Source: Rhizaria sp. SCN 62-66
Taxonomy: Eukaryota
Direction of reading: 5' to 3'
NCBI GenBank assembly: GCA_001724265.1
Contig: MEDY01000136.1
Coordinates: forward strand, 1 to 64,000
Length of the DNA stretch: 64,000 bases
Part shown: in pieces, positions 23,394 to 37,000 of the stretch
How the letters are laid out: each line of letters starts with the position of its first letter
Position numbering within the stretch: position 1 is the first letter of the stretch
Translations under genes and position numbers: made by a program
Notes under the pieces: model-generated
Database searches by the model: none
What the model was told of the DNA's origin: nothing
The model's input: only the letters and a program-made list of their open reading frames with translations

Positions 23394-26300
23394 TTAAAAA
23401 CTGTTGTTTTCAAAACCGCGATCTCCATGGAAATAAACCGTGGTCTCCTTCTGCTCTTCCTCACTCTCGCTCATGTCGTCCTCACTTCCAAGTTCGGCAT
23501 CACTCTCAGTCTCGCTGTCACTAACAGTGTAGTGGTTGTTGATGGTTGCGGCAGTGTTTATATCGTTGGTCGAGTTGAGAATCTCACCTTTGACAGAAAT
23601 GCGAAGTGCGCGCTCGTTCTTGATCGACACACTGCCCTCGGCCTTGAGCTTGTTTTTCTTCGCACTCTTCCGTTGCGGATATTCCTCATCGTCGAAAGTC
23701 GACGAGTAGATGATCTCGACCTCGCTGTCGCAGCCGGACAATCGCGCCCGCGCGCTTTCCTGTGGGCCGTAGATAGCGTCAAACGCGCGCTCCACGTCCT
23801 CGCCCGCGGCAACCCACGACGACGCGGCCGACAGCTGCGCCGGCACCGGCTCGGACCGCGGCGCGGGGGGCGGCGCGGTGCTGCCGCGGCCGCCACTGCC
23901 GGTGCGGGCGGGGGACGGGCGCCACGCCGCAGGACCCGGCCACGGCGTCGCGCCCACATCGCCGGCGAAGTAGTGGTCCACCCGATCCTTGTCCGTCGCG
24001 CGCACGGTGGTGTCGCGATTGCGGGCGGCGGCCGAGTGGGAGCGGAGACGAGAAGCCACGGCGTTGTCGTCGAGCAGAGCGTGGAGCTCGGAGCCCACGT
24101 AGCTCGAGCATGAGCCAAACCTGAGACAAGCAAAGAGAAGAATTTAAATAAAAAATAGTACATAAAGTGTGAAATCAACTGAGTCATATCAAATATGAGT
24201 CCGACGAAAGACAGACAAAAGATCCAAGTATTCTCCTATGTGACACTTGTTACGTTTTCTCGGTGAGCGTACCTGACGTAGATGTCATTGATGACCTTGT
24301 CAACAATGCCGTACGGCAGCGGCTCGTACGCGCGCCACGCATAGTCAACCATCTGCATCGGGGTAACCCGCGGTGGCGGATACCGGCTTTCGACGCCACT
24401 GTCGTCGTAGATGCCCTGGCCAGTGCTGAGCAAATAGCGGACATTCGGCAGCCGCTCTGCACGACGGTCGCGGTGGAGATCGTTGAAATATTTGTTGATG
24501 CCAGCATCATTGTTGCCGTCCTTTTCTTTAGCAAAACATTCATTAATGTAGGTATTAATCGAGACTTTCGGATCCATCATTTTGGCGTAAAGTGCGTCCG
24601 AGTACATAGCAAGTTCGTTCGGCGTCGTTGGGGTATTCAGTATCGTCCGGAACCTGGTATTACTCAACGCTCCACGCAAGCGCTCATTCGTGAACCCGGT
24701 AATCTCGCGCTTAGGCAGAACAGCAGTGCCAGTGCCGATGGTGAGTTTCATCTCATCGATGACGTCCTGGGTGTCAAGCCAGCCGATGCAGAGCCCGCCT
24801 GGCGAGAGCATGCGCTCGGTCTGTTCGCGCTGCCGCTGCGCCACAAAAGCAACGGCAGACAGCGGCAGCAGGCCGTGGCGCCAGGCAGGGATGATGCCGC
24901 GACGCCGGGACTCGAGCCATTGCTCCTGCTCGTCCGCCGCCGACGCCGAGGCCGCTGTGGGGGACGTGTTTCCGGTGCCGCTGTTGCTGCGGAGGGCACG
25001 CAAGTCGGCGGCGCGCTGGCTTTCGGCCTCGCGGAATCGCGCGAGAACGCGGCCCAGCTCGGCCACCAGCACTTCCTTGGCCTTGCCCGCAAGGGGCAGC
25101 GTCGCCACGTAACTGCGCGGGTCGAGACCGTAGCGGTACATGCGTAGCTTGTTACCGAAAGCCTTGACGTGAGGTAGCACGAAGTCTTTGCGCCACGCCA
25201 GAGGCAGTGCACCCTCTTTGTTGCGCACAGCCTTATCCTTTATCGAAGGTGCGACCTCGCTGCGATGGTCTCCCAACACAGCCCGAGTCGCCATCGCGAC
25301 TTGCAGCGACTCAATCTCTGCGTCAGCAGCGGCTGCAAACGTGGCCTGTCGCAGCGCCCATGCGCGCAGAGTCGATAAAAGTGCGAGCGCGCGCCAGCGC
25401 CGCTGCGTGTAGATGCGCCACTGCAGCGGCGTGAGTAGGCGCCGCACCGAGGGCGGCAGTGGCGTGAAAAAGGCCGACAGTCCCGCGAGCGCGATGTTGC
25501 TCATCAGCGGCGGCATCAGCGCGTGGCTGTTGTCGCGCCCCGTCTGTACGAACACCGTACCCGTGGCGAGCATGATGTCGTCCAGCGGCGCCATCGCGCG
25601 GACCGCGCGCGCCTCGGGTGTGTTATGGCAAGGGGCCGCGCGCGTGGCGACCACGGCGTGATGCGTGGGCAGATACGGCGGGCACGGCACGTTGCCGCCC
25701 GCGCCGCCCGGGACGTGGTGCCGGTACTGGTAGATGAGCTCCTCCGGGAACGCCAGCGTTCGGCGCGCGCGCGTGGCCGTCGCTACGGCCTCAGAGAACG
25801 ACATGAAGAGCTGCGGGCGCAGCATGATCTGGCGCGTCGAGTCCACGGATGCTTTACTGAGAGCATCATCACCATCGTCTTTGCTGACCGTGCGCTTGGC
25901 AGAGCGCCCGCGCTGTGAAGAAGAATTGGCAACCTTACCAGTATCGACAGTGATTTGAGCAGGGTTGACGTCGTCTTCACTCTTCGCAACGTTGCCAGCA
26001 CCAGCAGCAGTCGGCTTGATCGAGAACGTGCCTGACGCCTTAAGTTTGATTTGGCGCCCAGAACCATTGCCTTCAGTTTTGCTTGCGGTCGCCACGTTAC
26101 TGCGTGCCATGGACGCGTACGTCGCAGACGCTTTGCTATCATCATCAAACCGGCCGCGCTTGACCACAGGCGCAGCTGGAAGAGTGCTCTGCGGCACTTT
26201 CACGCCCTCGTCCGACCGGACCGTGGACTTAGACGCCGCGGCCACAGCGACAGCGGCCAACTCTGCAGGTGTGCGGCGGGTTGCCACTGAGATTGGGGAA

Positions 26301-29300
26301 GATGACCGTGTCACAGGTGAGGTCGCGTGCACAGGCGTTGCAGTGCTGCGCACCGCCCTCAAAGCGCGCACCTGGCCGATGTCGACACCGGTGGCTTTGT
26401 AGATCGCGGCGATATCCTTCATGTCGGCATCCGGCTCGTCGAATGCACTTAAGTCATCGCCATCGCTGTCACTCGTCGTGTCGCGTGTCCTCACGCCGTC
26501 CGCGCGCATGCGCTCGCGCGTTGCTCTCTTTGCTGTCGCTAATTTGTCGCGCGCATCAGCCTGTAGAGAGAGCGTCGATGTGGCATCAGCGCGCGAGAAA
26601 AGCGGCCAGTGCGCCGCGCCCACCGCGACAGCCGCGGCCACGACGGCGGGCACGCACGTCTTGTCCCAGCCGCCCAGCGCATCGTACGCCTCGTGGTCGC
26701 CGCAGCCCACGCTGCGCGCGAGATAGTGCAGGTTGTAAGGTTCGGCATCGCTATCGCTGGGGCTAGAGCTGCTGCCATCACTAGCGTTTGTCGCATCTGC
26801 TGCATCCCTGGGGGAGTTCCGATTCTCTTCCTCCTCCTCCTCATCATCATCTCGGTCGCGCATCAGTCGCTGCCGCTGCTGCAACTGCTGCTGCCGTTGC
26901 TGCTGTTGCTGGAGCGTTTGCTGATGTTGCTCCTTGCGAAGCCGCCTGCGGCTCTCGCGCGAGACTTCGCGCTGCTGCTGCCTCGCCTCGCGCCTGCGCC
27001 TGCGCTCCGCGCGCTGCTTGCGCCGCGCGCGGTCGATCCGGCGCGCCAGCTGCGGTAGCTTGTCGCGCGGCGTGACGTCGGCCCAGTCCAGCGCGTCGTC
27101 GTCAAGCCAGCTGAAGGTCGCGTCATGCTTGGTCACCATGTTGAACAGAGTCACCCGCTGCCGCGCCGCGGCCTCGGTCGCGGCCGCGGGGGCCGTGCTC
27201 GCCCACCACGGCAGCCGCGGCGCCGTCTTGGGCGCGCTGGCCGACCGCGGGATCGTGCCCGCCGCGTCCGCGCCGAGACGCCGCGACACGGCCAGCCAAA
27301 GCCGGCGCCAGTGCAGGTCGTCGGCGTCGCGCGCGCACTGCTCCGTGGCCACCGTGCGCGCCTCGATGTGCTTGTCCAGCGCCGCGCGCTCGCGGCGGGC
27401 CAGCTCCTCGAGCCGGCGCTGCTCCGCGGCGGCCAGCTCGGCTGCCACGAGCGCAGCGTCGGGCGGCGGCGGCTGCGGGGCGACCGGGTACCGCTGCATA
27501 AAGCTCTCGAGGCTGATGATGGTCTCGCCCGTGATGGGGCCTGACTGCGGAGGGCGCAGCCGGTCCAGCGGCAGGTCAGACGTGTGCGCCGCCGCCGCTG
27601 CCGCTGCCGCCGCTGCAGCTGCAGCATCAACAACAGCTGCAGCTGCGGCAGAAGCCGTGTCAGCATCATTATCGCCGTTCTGAGCATCATCCTGTACGAC
27701 GTCTTCGAGCCCCTGGTTCGGACCGAGGATGCGCTTGCCGAGGTTGGCGACGCTGCCGAACGCGGTGCGTGCGGCCCCGCGCTGCGGCAGCGTACGCAGC
27801 GACGCGGGCGCGGCGCCGGGCGCGCTGGTGACGCCCATCGGCATGTCCTGGCGCTTGTGGCGCGAGGACTGACGCGTGGACGTGACGGGAACGAGCACCT
27901 CCTTGACTTTGATGAACAACGGGCCCTTCTCGCGCTCCCGGGCCGCGAAGGCCGCGAGCTCCTCGTAGGTCATGTTGATGCCCGTGCAGGGGCCGACCCA
28001 GGTGAAGAGGTCGTCGCGCTTGCTCGTGTTACGCACGTGTTCGACCAGCGCCGCCGTTTTGGCCGTCACTGCGGGCCGCGGGTAGACAGGCTTGTGGTCT
28101 TCGTAGAAGCGTCTGTGCGCGCCCGCGGCGAAGACGACGCACGCCTCGTCGTCCCACGCGATGTCGTAAAAGCGCGAATCGCCCCACACCCACTCGAGCG
28201 CCCGCGAGCCCGTCAGCGTCACGACCTCGAACATCACCATCATCGGGGTCGTCGCCGCCGCCGCGGGCTTCGGCGCACGGACGGCCAGGCTGCTGCCGAG
28301 CTAGCCGACGCCGCAGCCGTCCCTGCGCAGGGCGGCGCTGCTAATGTGATGACTGGCTTGCTTCTGGTGGCTCTTGCCGGCACCGTTTTCGTCCAAGCTG
28401 TCGCGCGAGCTCACGTCCGACGCGTCCGAGTCTGACCCCGTGTCGCTGCCGCGGAAGTACTCGAGCAGCGCGGGCGACCCCGCGGCGCGCGCGGCGCGGG
28501 CCGAGGCGCGGACAGCGGCGATGGCGGCGCGACCGCTGATGCGCAGCACGAGCCCGCGTGCGGTCGAGTGCACGGTCGCAACTGTGGGCAGGCCGTCGGG
28601 GCCCACAGCGTCGACCACACTGTCGGTCACACTGCCCATGGCGCTGCCCACGGCGCTGGTCGCGGCAGCCGCGACCGCGGCGGCACTCGCTTTGCCGGCA
28701 AAACTCGCGCTGGGGCTGATGGTATTGGAGCGAGGGCCGCTCGTGGCGAAACGGTTGCCCCTTGTGGTATTATTGTTGCTGCTGTTATTACTTCTCCGGC
28801 TGCTGCTACTGCGAATGCTAATGCCGCTGCTGTTATCGCTAACGCTGATGGCGCTGCTGCTGCTTTTGCTCGAAGGAGTGAGCGAAGACGGCTGTAAAGA
28901 TGGCAATAAAGACGACGACGAAGAGTGCGAAGATGATGGCGCAGCAGAGCCTGGCTCACGCTTCACCAACTGCCCGGGCGGCGCAGCGCGGCTGGGTGTG
29001 CCATTCGCGGCGGGCACCACACCAAGCTCCTGCCTCACGAAGAGTGTAGGTTTAGCGCGGGCCTCACCCTCAGTATCGCTCTCGGACAAGAGCTCACCAT
29101 CACTACCCCCATCAGCGCCATCGTCGTCAGCATCGTCGTCGCCGCCGTCGCCGTTGTCGTCGAAGTCGGAGCTGGTCTCGATGGGGCCCATAAGGCCCGC
29201 GGGGGCCGTGACGAGCGCGATGTCGTCGACGCGGAGCTCCATGGCCGTGGCGTGGCTAGACATGGCAGCAATCGTGGCCACAATGCGCGCCTTGGCCGCC

Positions 29301-32011
29301 GCCTCCTCGGCATCGACGTCGATGCAGACGTCAGAGTCGAACCCTCCGTCACTCTCGCTCCCGCTTCCACGGCCGCGACCACCGGGACCGTCGCTGTCAC
29401 TGTCGCCTGAAGTGCTCGTGTCGCCGTCGCTTGAAGCGCTTGTGTCGCTGTCGCTGTCGCTGATGCTAATAGTGTCGCCAAACCCCATGGCACTCTGGCT
29501 CGCTGCCTTCCTATCGCCTGTCGCGGCTCTGCTGCCCGAGTGCTTCTGCAGGTGCATCTGCGCGCGCGCCTGCGCCTCCCGGTCAATCTCGCTCACAACC
29601 CGCACGACCGACTCAAGCCGCGCCTCGTGGAAGAGCCGCGGGAAGCGCTCCGCGTCGGGCTTGCGCCGCAGCAGCAGCGCGCGCGCCGCAGCGAGCTACG
29701 CCTCCGACACCGCCGTAACGGCCTTACCGCGCCCGGGCGACGACGGCGCCTTCTTCGCGGCGGCGGCGATGGCCGCGGCCTCGGCGAGCGCGGCACTCAG
29801 CGGCGGCGGGGGGGCGAAGCGCCCGTGGGGCTTGTACTCGCGGTCGCGCTCCAGATCGATCACGAACTTGGGAGGCGGCGGCGGGCGCGACGCCGCTGCC
29901 GCAACAGACGCGCTCGAGCTCTCAGCGCTTATGTTGCTGGTGCTGCCGGTGGGGAGCGGCGCGGCGGCCGCGGCCGAGGCAGCGGCTGCGGCGGCCGCGT
30001 CGGCAGCGGGGTCGGGCGGGAGTTTCGCGTACGCGGGCTCAGTCTCCGGCATCTTGGCCTCGATGCAGCGAACCTTGCGGTAGATGTACGCCGTTTTGCC
30101 CTCGGACGAGCCCTGCATGGTACACGAGAGCATGGCGACGGGCTCGACAACGTAGCCGAACTCGCCGATCACCATCTTGGGCGGCTGGAACGACACGAGC
30201 GCAATGCACGACTGCGACTGGTTGAAGAGCCGCGCGAGATGCACCTGCGTCTGGTGGCCGAGTGCGATATCGAACTGGTACACGTGCGTGAAGGGCTCGA
30301 GCGTCGCCATCTTGGTCGCGTCGCCCGCGGCGAAGCGCACGCCCGCGAGCGCGCCCGTGCCGTGCGGTGACGCCACGGCCGCGCGCACTGCCTCAGCGGC
30401 GCGCACAGCGTGCTCGGGCAGCGGCAGCGGCACGCCGCCGAGCCCGCGCGGCCGCAGCGCGGCGGGGTCGTCGCGCTCGCGCGCCTCATCACGCATGGCT
30501 GCGGCGGCCAGCACCGTGGCCACGCCGCCCGTCCAAGCCCACTCGCGGCCCGCGAGAGCCTCGGCCACAGCGGCGCGCTCCTCCCCCTGCCCGTGCGGCG
30601 GCGGCATCAGCACCGTCGGCACGTGCGGCAGCCCCAGCTTGGTGACCACGGCGCGCCACAGCGCGGGCGCGTCGGCGTCAGTCAGCGCCGCCACCTGCGA
30701 CAGAGGGAACGTGCCGGGGTACTCGTGCCGGTTCGGGCGCCGGCCGGAGCCGGCCGGGACAGCGGAAGCGGAGGACGAGTCGGTGCTGCCTTTCGCTTTA
30801 ACAGCAGGCTTCCCCTTGCCCTTGCCGTTCTTGCTCCCTTTGCTACTGTTGTTGTTGGTGGTGGTGGTGTTGCTGTTACTGCTGCGGCCGTTACTCTTGC
30901 CGCAGGTGCGCACGGGGGAGGCGGAGGCCTGGTGCCGGGCCGGGCTGGCTGCGGGCGTCGTGCTGCGGCCGCTCCGCGTCCTCACTCTGCTCCTGCTGTC
31001 GGCGCCATCGTCGTTGTCGCTGTCGTCGATGACGATCAAGTCATCGTCATCGTTGTCGTCGTCGAGCGCGTCGTCGTCGTCGTCGTCGTCGTCGCTGTCC
31101 TGCGTGGCGGCCTCCTTCATCAGCGACGCCGACTGCGGGTTGGCCCTCATAACGTCGTCGACGCTGCTCGCCACAGCGGCGCGCACGCGGGAGACGTCGA
31201 ACGGCGTCCCCGTGGCGCGCGCGCGCGCGTCTTCGGCGAAGACGGGCGCCACGAACGAGATGTTGTACACCGAGATATCGACGCGCGGACGCATGAGCTC
31301 AATGCCGGCGCTGATGCGGCAGCCGAAGGCCAGTGCGGCGTGCAGCGAGGGCTTGCCGAAGCCGGAGCCGATGTCGATGAAGGCCGAGGACGGGGAGAGG
31401 CCGGTGAAGAGGTGCAGGGCGATGAGGATGCGGTGCACGTCGCCGCGCGAGATCTCCCCGTACAGTGAGCCGCCGCAGCCCTCGCCGCCAAGCTTGTCGC
31501 AGAACCTGAGGCTGTCATAGAGCGCGCGCACGGCGACGGGGATGCCCGGCAGCGCCTGCTGAATGGCTAGGTTGACGCGCGGCGCGCTGCGGAGGCGAGT
31601 GATGCCCGCGCTGTGCAGGTCGTCCATCAGGGCGTACGCGCGGGTTTGCTCGACAACGCAACGCGCGCAGAACCAGCTCTCGTTCTCGCTCGGGAGAGGC
31701 TGGAGCCCCGGGTGGCAGTTGGCGTGAAAGCAGAGGCTGCAGCGGTCGCAGTACACGCCGCTGTTCTACCTCGTCGCTGTCGGGGCGGAAACGAGCGGTC
31801 ACGAGTAATAATGGGGAAAATAAGCAATCAATGAGTTTTTTCGCGCTTCAGTATGATGCGAAACCCGACTTGATAATGAACACGAAATGATGTGACGAAG
31901 AGGAGTTGACTAGTCAGATGTGTGAAGGGTCGACGGACCTGCGATGCTGCCGCAGTGGTGGCAGTGGGCATCGAATGAGTTCTTATCCGCGCGGTGCGCC
32001 CAGATAGACAT
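23394..32011 (-). CDS. PHD finger + DOT1-like class I SAM methyltransferase with a long C-terminal extension, 3 exons, ~2767 aa; three in-frame TAG codons
   Basis: Exons 32011-31939, 31776-24273 and 24120-23394 total 8304 nt, a multiple of 3. PHD: CHHC...CDRC...H..C...WFCARC. Methyltransferase: LYGEI, FIDIGSGFGK, GIEL, GDAT. In-frame TAG at 31766-31768, 29696-29698 and 28301-28303. Ends TAA. Confidence 0.72.
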
Positions 32012-32437
32012 AGTGCTGTAACGTTCGGGCGGGATTGAAACCCCGCGGGTGCGCTTTAGGCAAAATAATGACAATCTAGGTGGAGATTCTGGATTGATGC
32101 CTCGACCACTTGCGCGCGAAGAAAGGGGGCACAAAGCCTCCTGAGTTTGGAAAGGTATACAGCGACTTTGTGAGACACAATTAAAGTGTGTTGAATAATG
32201 TTGCAGCTCATAATTGGACAGACAAATATACCTCTATCAACGGTGTTTGCACAGCTCTTGAGCCTACTGAAATATGACCCATCTTCGCTCAATGGACTCG
32301 GACCAAATAATCCTTTTATGCAGTGACTGTGACCGTGGGCCGCTTGCTCGCTCGTAGTGGCGAGCCGTGGGGGGCGGCTGGTCAAGATGAGAGGGGCGGT
32401 CAAGACGGCGTTGCGCATAGCTTTGGTTTAACACACA

Positions 32438-33315
32438 ATGGTACGTCATTTTGTCTTTTTCGTGCACAACGTGATTTAATTCTGTCGGAAATAGTCTATC
32501 ATTTATTTAGCTCTTTGTTTTGGCGCCCCAAGCCCTATTTCTGAGCTTTGGAAAATCATCGAACCGTCACTCATGTCTGTCCTTGCTCTGTTTATCTCTT
32601 CCCCTTCGTCTCACCTCCACAGCGTATTGAGAAGTGTTATTTCTGCTCCGGGCCGATTTACCCCGGCATGGGCATCATGTTCGTGCGTAACGATTGCAAG
32701 GTCCGTCTTTTTTCCCTCTCCCGCACCCCGTTTCCCGTGGCTTGACTAGAGCTTTTCTCTGTTCTTCTGTGTCGCTCCCTTCGTCTCCACTCGCCCGAGC
32801 CTCACTCTTTCTCTTTCTCACCTCACTTCCTGCATCAACAGGCTCTCCGCTTCTGCAAGTCCAAGTGCTTCCGCAACTTCAAGCTGCGCCGCAACCCGCG
32901 TAAGATCCGCTGGACCAAGGCGTTCCGCAAGGCGCACGGCAAGGACATGGCCGTCGACTCGGTCTTCGAGTTCGAGCGCCGCCGCCACCGCCCCGTCAAG
33001 TACGATCGCGAGCTCATGGGCGCGACGCTGCGCGCGATGAAGCGCATTGAGGAGATCCGCCTGGCTCGCGAGGCGCGCTTCAAGGCGCTGCGCTTCCGCC
33101 TGGCTGCCAAGCAGAAGAAGGAGCACGCGCTGCGCGAGATCAAGGAGGGCATCGACCTCATCATGTCCCCGCTCGTGCGTCAGGGCAAGGACCTCAACCA
33201 GGACGAGCTCATCCGCCTCGCCAACGAGGTCTCGGACCGCGCCAAGGCTAACAAGGCCCGCGTGCGCGCCGGCAAGAAGCCCATCAGCATGGACGACGAG
33301 GAGGACGACGAGTAA
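32438..33315 (+). CDS. RLP24: Ribosome biogenesis protein RLP24 / RSL24D1 (eL24 family), 3 coding exons, 184 aa
   Basis: Exons 32438-32440 (ATG only), 32623-32700 and 32842-33315 give [32 protein letters not shown]...[17 protein letters not shown]...[18 protein letters not shown]. Ends TAA. Confidence 0.93.
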
Positions 33316-34032
33316 GCGCGCAGGCCTCCGCTCCGCTCTCTGCTCTCTCACGGAGCTTAACAACAATAACAACAGCAATCATAACAATAATAACAACAGT
33401 CAACATCAACAGCAATGCCTAGCCTCGTCTTGAAAAGCTGGGTCTGTCTCGCGCCGCCCCGGTGCCGCAGTCTTTGCGGCAGTGGCGGGTGCGCTCTCAC
33501 GCTCACAGCAAACGTCATCATTTCTCTCTTGTTACAATGTGCTTTGATGGCTTGGCCCTGTGTATGTGCGTGAAAGGACCGAGACTGGTCTTTCTGTCTC
33601 TCACTCCTGGATGTGTTTTTAGTTTTTCCTCATCTCTCGTTCAGTGCAGCTGTGAGCCGTTTTATTCATTTTACCTTGGTCGCGCGTCTGCTCTCTTGCT
33701 AGTCTAGTACGCTACGCTTGGTGTGGCGCCGATCTGTTTACAATAGTCGTATGTAACCGCAATCGGACCAATCGTCTGCTTGCGCAACGCGAACATGTGC
33801 TGTCTCTAGTCACAACCTGACTTAGGCCTGTCGTGCCCGCGGGTGTTCCTCATAATACAACAATATTTTAAAATCAAATTAAACGAATGTAAAGAAACGA
33901 GTTGTTTATTTGATATCATTGTCGAGAACTGTCTGGGTAAAAACTATAAAGAAATATAGAAAATTGAACTCACGCCTCGAACAAGCATGGATGTAAGTGT
34001 TGTTTCATTGTTTGCTAAGTATTCCCGCTTCC

Positions 34033-37000
34033 TCACGCCGAGGGCACCTGCTCGCCGCCGCCCGCCACGGCCGCAAAAAAGCTCACGAGCCTAATCCGCT
34101 CTGCGCCGCGCACGCCGCCCTGCCCGGTCACGGCGTCGGCGGCCGCACTGCGCAGCGCCCCGCGGCGGCACACGACCACGACGGTGGCCTGCGCGCGCGA
34201 GAGCGCCACGTTGGCGCGGTGCGCGTCGCCCACGAAGGCGAGCTCGCGCGCGGTCGGCGCGGCGGACAGCGCCGCCGAGAAGACCACTACGGGCGCTTGC
34301 TGGCCCTGGAAACGGTCCACCGTCCCCACGGCCACGTCCGAGAGCCGCGGGAGCTGCCCCATCGCGTCGGCGCTCGCGCTCGCTGTGGCAGCGGCGGCAG
34401 TGGCGGCGGCGGTGGCGGTGGCGGTGGCTTTGGCGGTGCGGCGGCCGCGAATGGGCGTACTGCGCGCGTCTGCCGCCGCCAGCGCCGCGCGGCGTGCGTC
34501 GGCGGCCGCGAGCGCCCGCTGCACGGCCTTGACCTGCGCGTTGTACGGCGACACGACCAGCACGTCGGCCGCAGTCAGCGCGCGCCCACTACTGCTGCTG
34601 TCGCCGTCGCCTGCGCCGGTGCCGAAGTTAAGCCGCCCGTGATCGAGCAGGTCCGCGACGATGCGGGCGACGGCGCGCGCCTCCTCGGGGCTGCACAGCG
34701 ATTCGCGCTGGCTGCCGCTGCTCAGGCCCAGCGCGGCGAGCTCGCTCTCGCCCGCCGCGCCCGTGGTCGTCGCGGCGGCGGCGCTGTCGCCGTCGCCGTC
34801 GTCGTCGCGGAAGAGGTGAACGGCGGGCCGCTGCGCGGTGTCCAGCGGCAGGCCTTCGAGCAGCTGCGCGAGCGCCTCCTTGCCGGTGACCGCGCCGCCG
34901 ATGCCGCCGATGCCGCCGCTGCCGCCAATACGGGCGTCGACGAACTTGGCGTCAGCGAACTTGGACGCGGCCACGAGCGTGTCCGCTGACGACACCACCA
35001 GCGTGAGGGAGTCGTCGTCAGCGGCGTCGTCGCCGTTGTTGTTGGTGGTGCTGCCGCTGTCCCAGAGCATTGTCACGACGCCCTGCTGCGGCAGCGTGTG
35101 TGCCAGCAAAGCAGACTGCGGCGCCGACACACGCAGCGACGCGACAGGCTTACTGCCGCTGCTGCCGTTGTCCGCGGACTGATCGCCAGTCTCGGCGACA
35201 GCGGCGGCGGACATGAGGTGGCCTCCGTAGAATGCGCGCGAGACGACGTCGCAGAGCGGGGGCGGCATGCGGTGCGACAGCGGCAGGAACAGGCCGCGCG
35301 CGGGCGGCACCACCCGCGGCGACGGCGTCAGCGCAACGTCCTCGCCGTAGAACTGCGACAGCAGCGGCTCCGACAGCACGCTGAGGCCGCCGCCGGCGCT
35401 CGCGGCCAGGTCTTTGGCAGCATCGTGCTCCGTGTACTCAGGCAGCGCTCTCGAGGGTCTGAACGTCGCTGCAGAGACGGGGCGAGGCTCGGCGATGACC
35501 ACGACGGCCCCGTCCTCGTCGCGTCCCGCGGCGTCTGCAGCGCTGCGGGCAGCGCGACTCCGGCTCCGGCGCGGCGCGTCGGAGTCGGCGTTGGCGGGAC
35601 AGCGCGCGACGCCGCGGAGCGCCCACTCGAGCGCCGACAGCGCAGCGGGGCCCTCGTGCGCGGCGCGGGCGGGCGCGGCGAGCTGCCGGTGGTCACCAAC
35701 GAGCGCGACCGAGCCCACGGCGCCCGACGCGAGCACGGCGGCGAGCAGCGGGAGCGCGAGCTGCCCCGCCTCCTCGGCCACCAGCAGCGGCACGGGCGGC
35801 GCGCCGGCGGCGCGGGCGAAGACGGCGGCGCCCGAGAGCGCAGGCGCGGACAGCACGGCCAGCTCGAGCCGGGCCGCCGCGCGGGGCGACAGCGCGCGCG
35901 CGACGTCCGCGTCAGTGGGGAGCTTCGTGCTGTCGGCGTCTTCAGTCGGCGAAATCGCAGTGGCAGTGTCGAGCTCGGTCGAAACCCACTCTGCGTCGTC
36001 GCAAGGAGTACTCGGTGCGAAGCCAGCGAATGACGGTACGTTTGCGGGTTTGGGCGCGGCCGGTGCGGAGCGTAATTTAGACAGCAAGGCAGGCGCCGAG
36101 CCCGCAGCATCATCGTCTTGACCGTGACGCCACAAAGCGGTGAGCTTCGTCTCAGTCAGCGCCGATGAGAGAAACGCCCACGACGATCCGCCGACAAGAG
36201 AGAAGATGTTCTCCCGGAATTGCTCTCCGGACACGACGCCGAGGGGCCGCTCCTTGTCGCCGCGTGGGGTGATCAGGCACGCAGACGCGCGCGGCTTCGT
36301 GATGAACGGCCAGAGCTTGCTCGCGGAGGCCGCGACCACGATCGCGCCGCAGTCCGCGGACTCGCCCTTAGACTCGCTGGGGAGGGTGACTTCTTCGAGC
36401 GCAACGATCAAGCCGTCGCCCGCACGCGGCATGCCCCTGTTCGCGGCTGAGGACAGCCCGGCCGCTGCGCGTGCGCTCACGAGGGGCTCGAGCAGCGGGG
36501 ACACGTTTTCGCCGAGCTTCGCGGCGATGAGCCCGCGCACCATGGCGAGGACGCGGGTCGGCGGAGCGCGCGACGAACTGGGTGACGCCGCGGGCGGCGG
36601 TGCGGGCGTCAGCGACGGTATAGTCACTGCGCGCACAAAGGGCACCGTCTTCCGCGCCGGCTGCGGCTGCTGGACGAGCGCGCGCGCAGTCCGCACGGTC
36701 GAGGCCAGGAGCCCGTCCACGGCGAGGTGCGTGTGCGACGTCACGCCCACGGTCACCGAGCCCAGCGGGGGCTCCTGAGGCACCTGCGTCAGCAGTAGCT
36801 GTGCCAGCGCGCGCGCCGTCAGCGTCGTCTTGCCCGTGCCCGGCGGCCCCTGCACGCACACCACCGACGCGGCGCGGCCGGTCTGCGCCAGCACCATACG
36901 CCGAAGCAGCTCTGCGAGCGCGGAGGCCGCGTCCGCAGGGTCGCTGCGCGTCACCGCGGCCGTCACGGCGGCGGCGGTGTCGGCCACGTGCGCGGGCACG

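Noticed and set aside
24236-24238. TAG ending ORF 24236..28243
   Set aside because: It lies inside intron 24272-24121. The gene continues into the last exon and ends in TAA at 23394.
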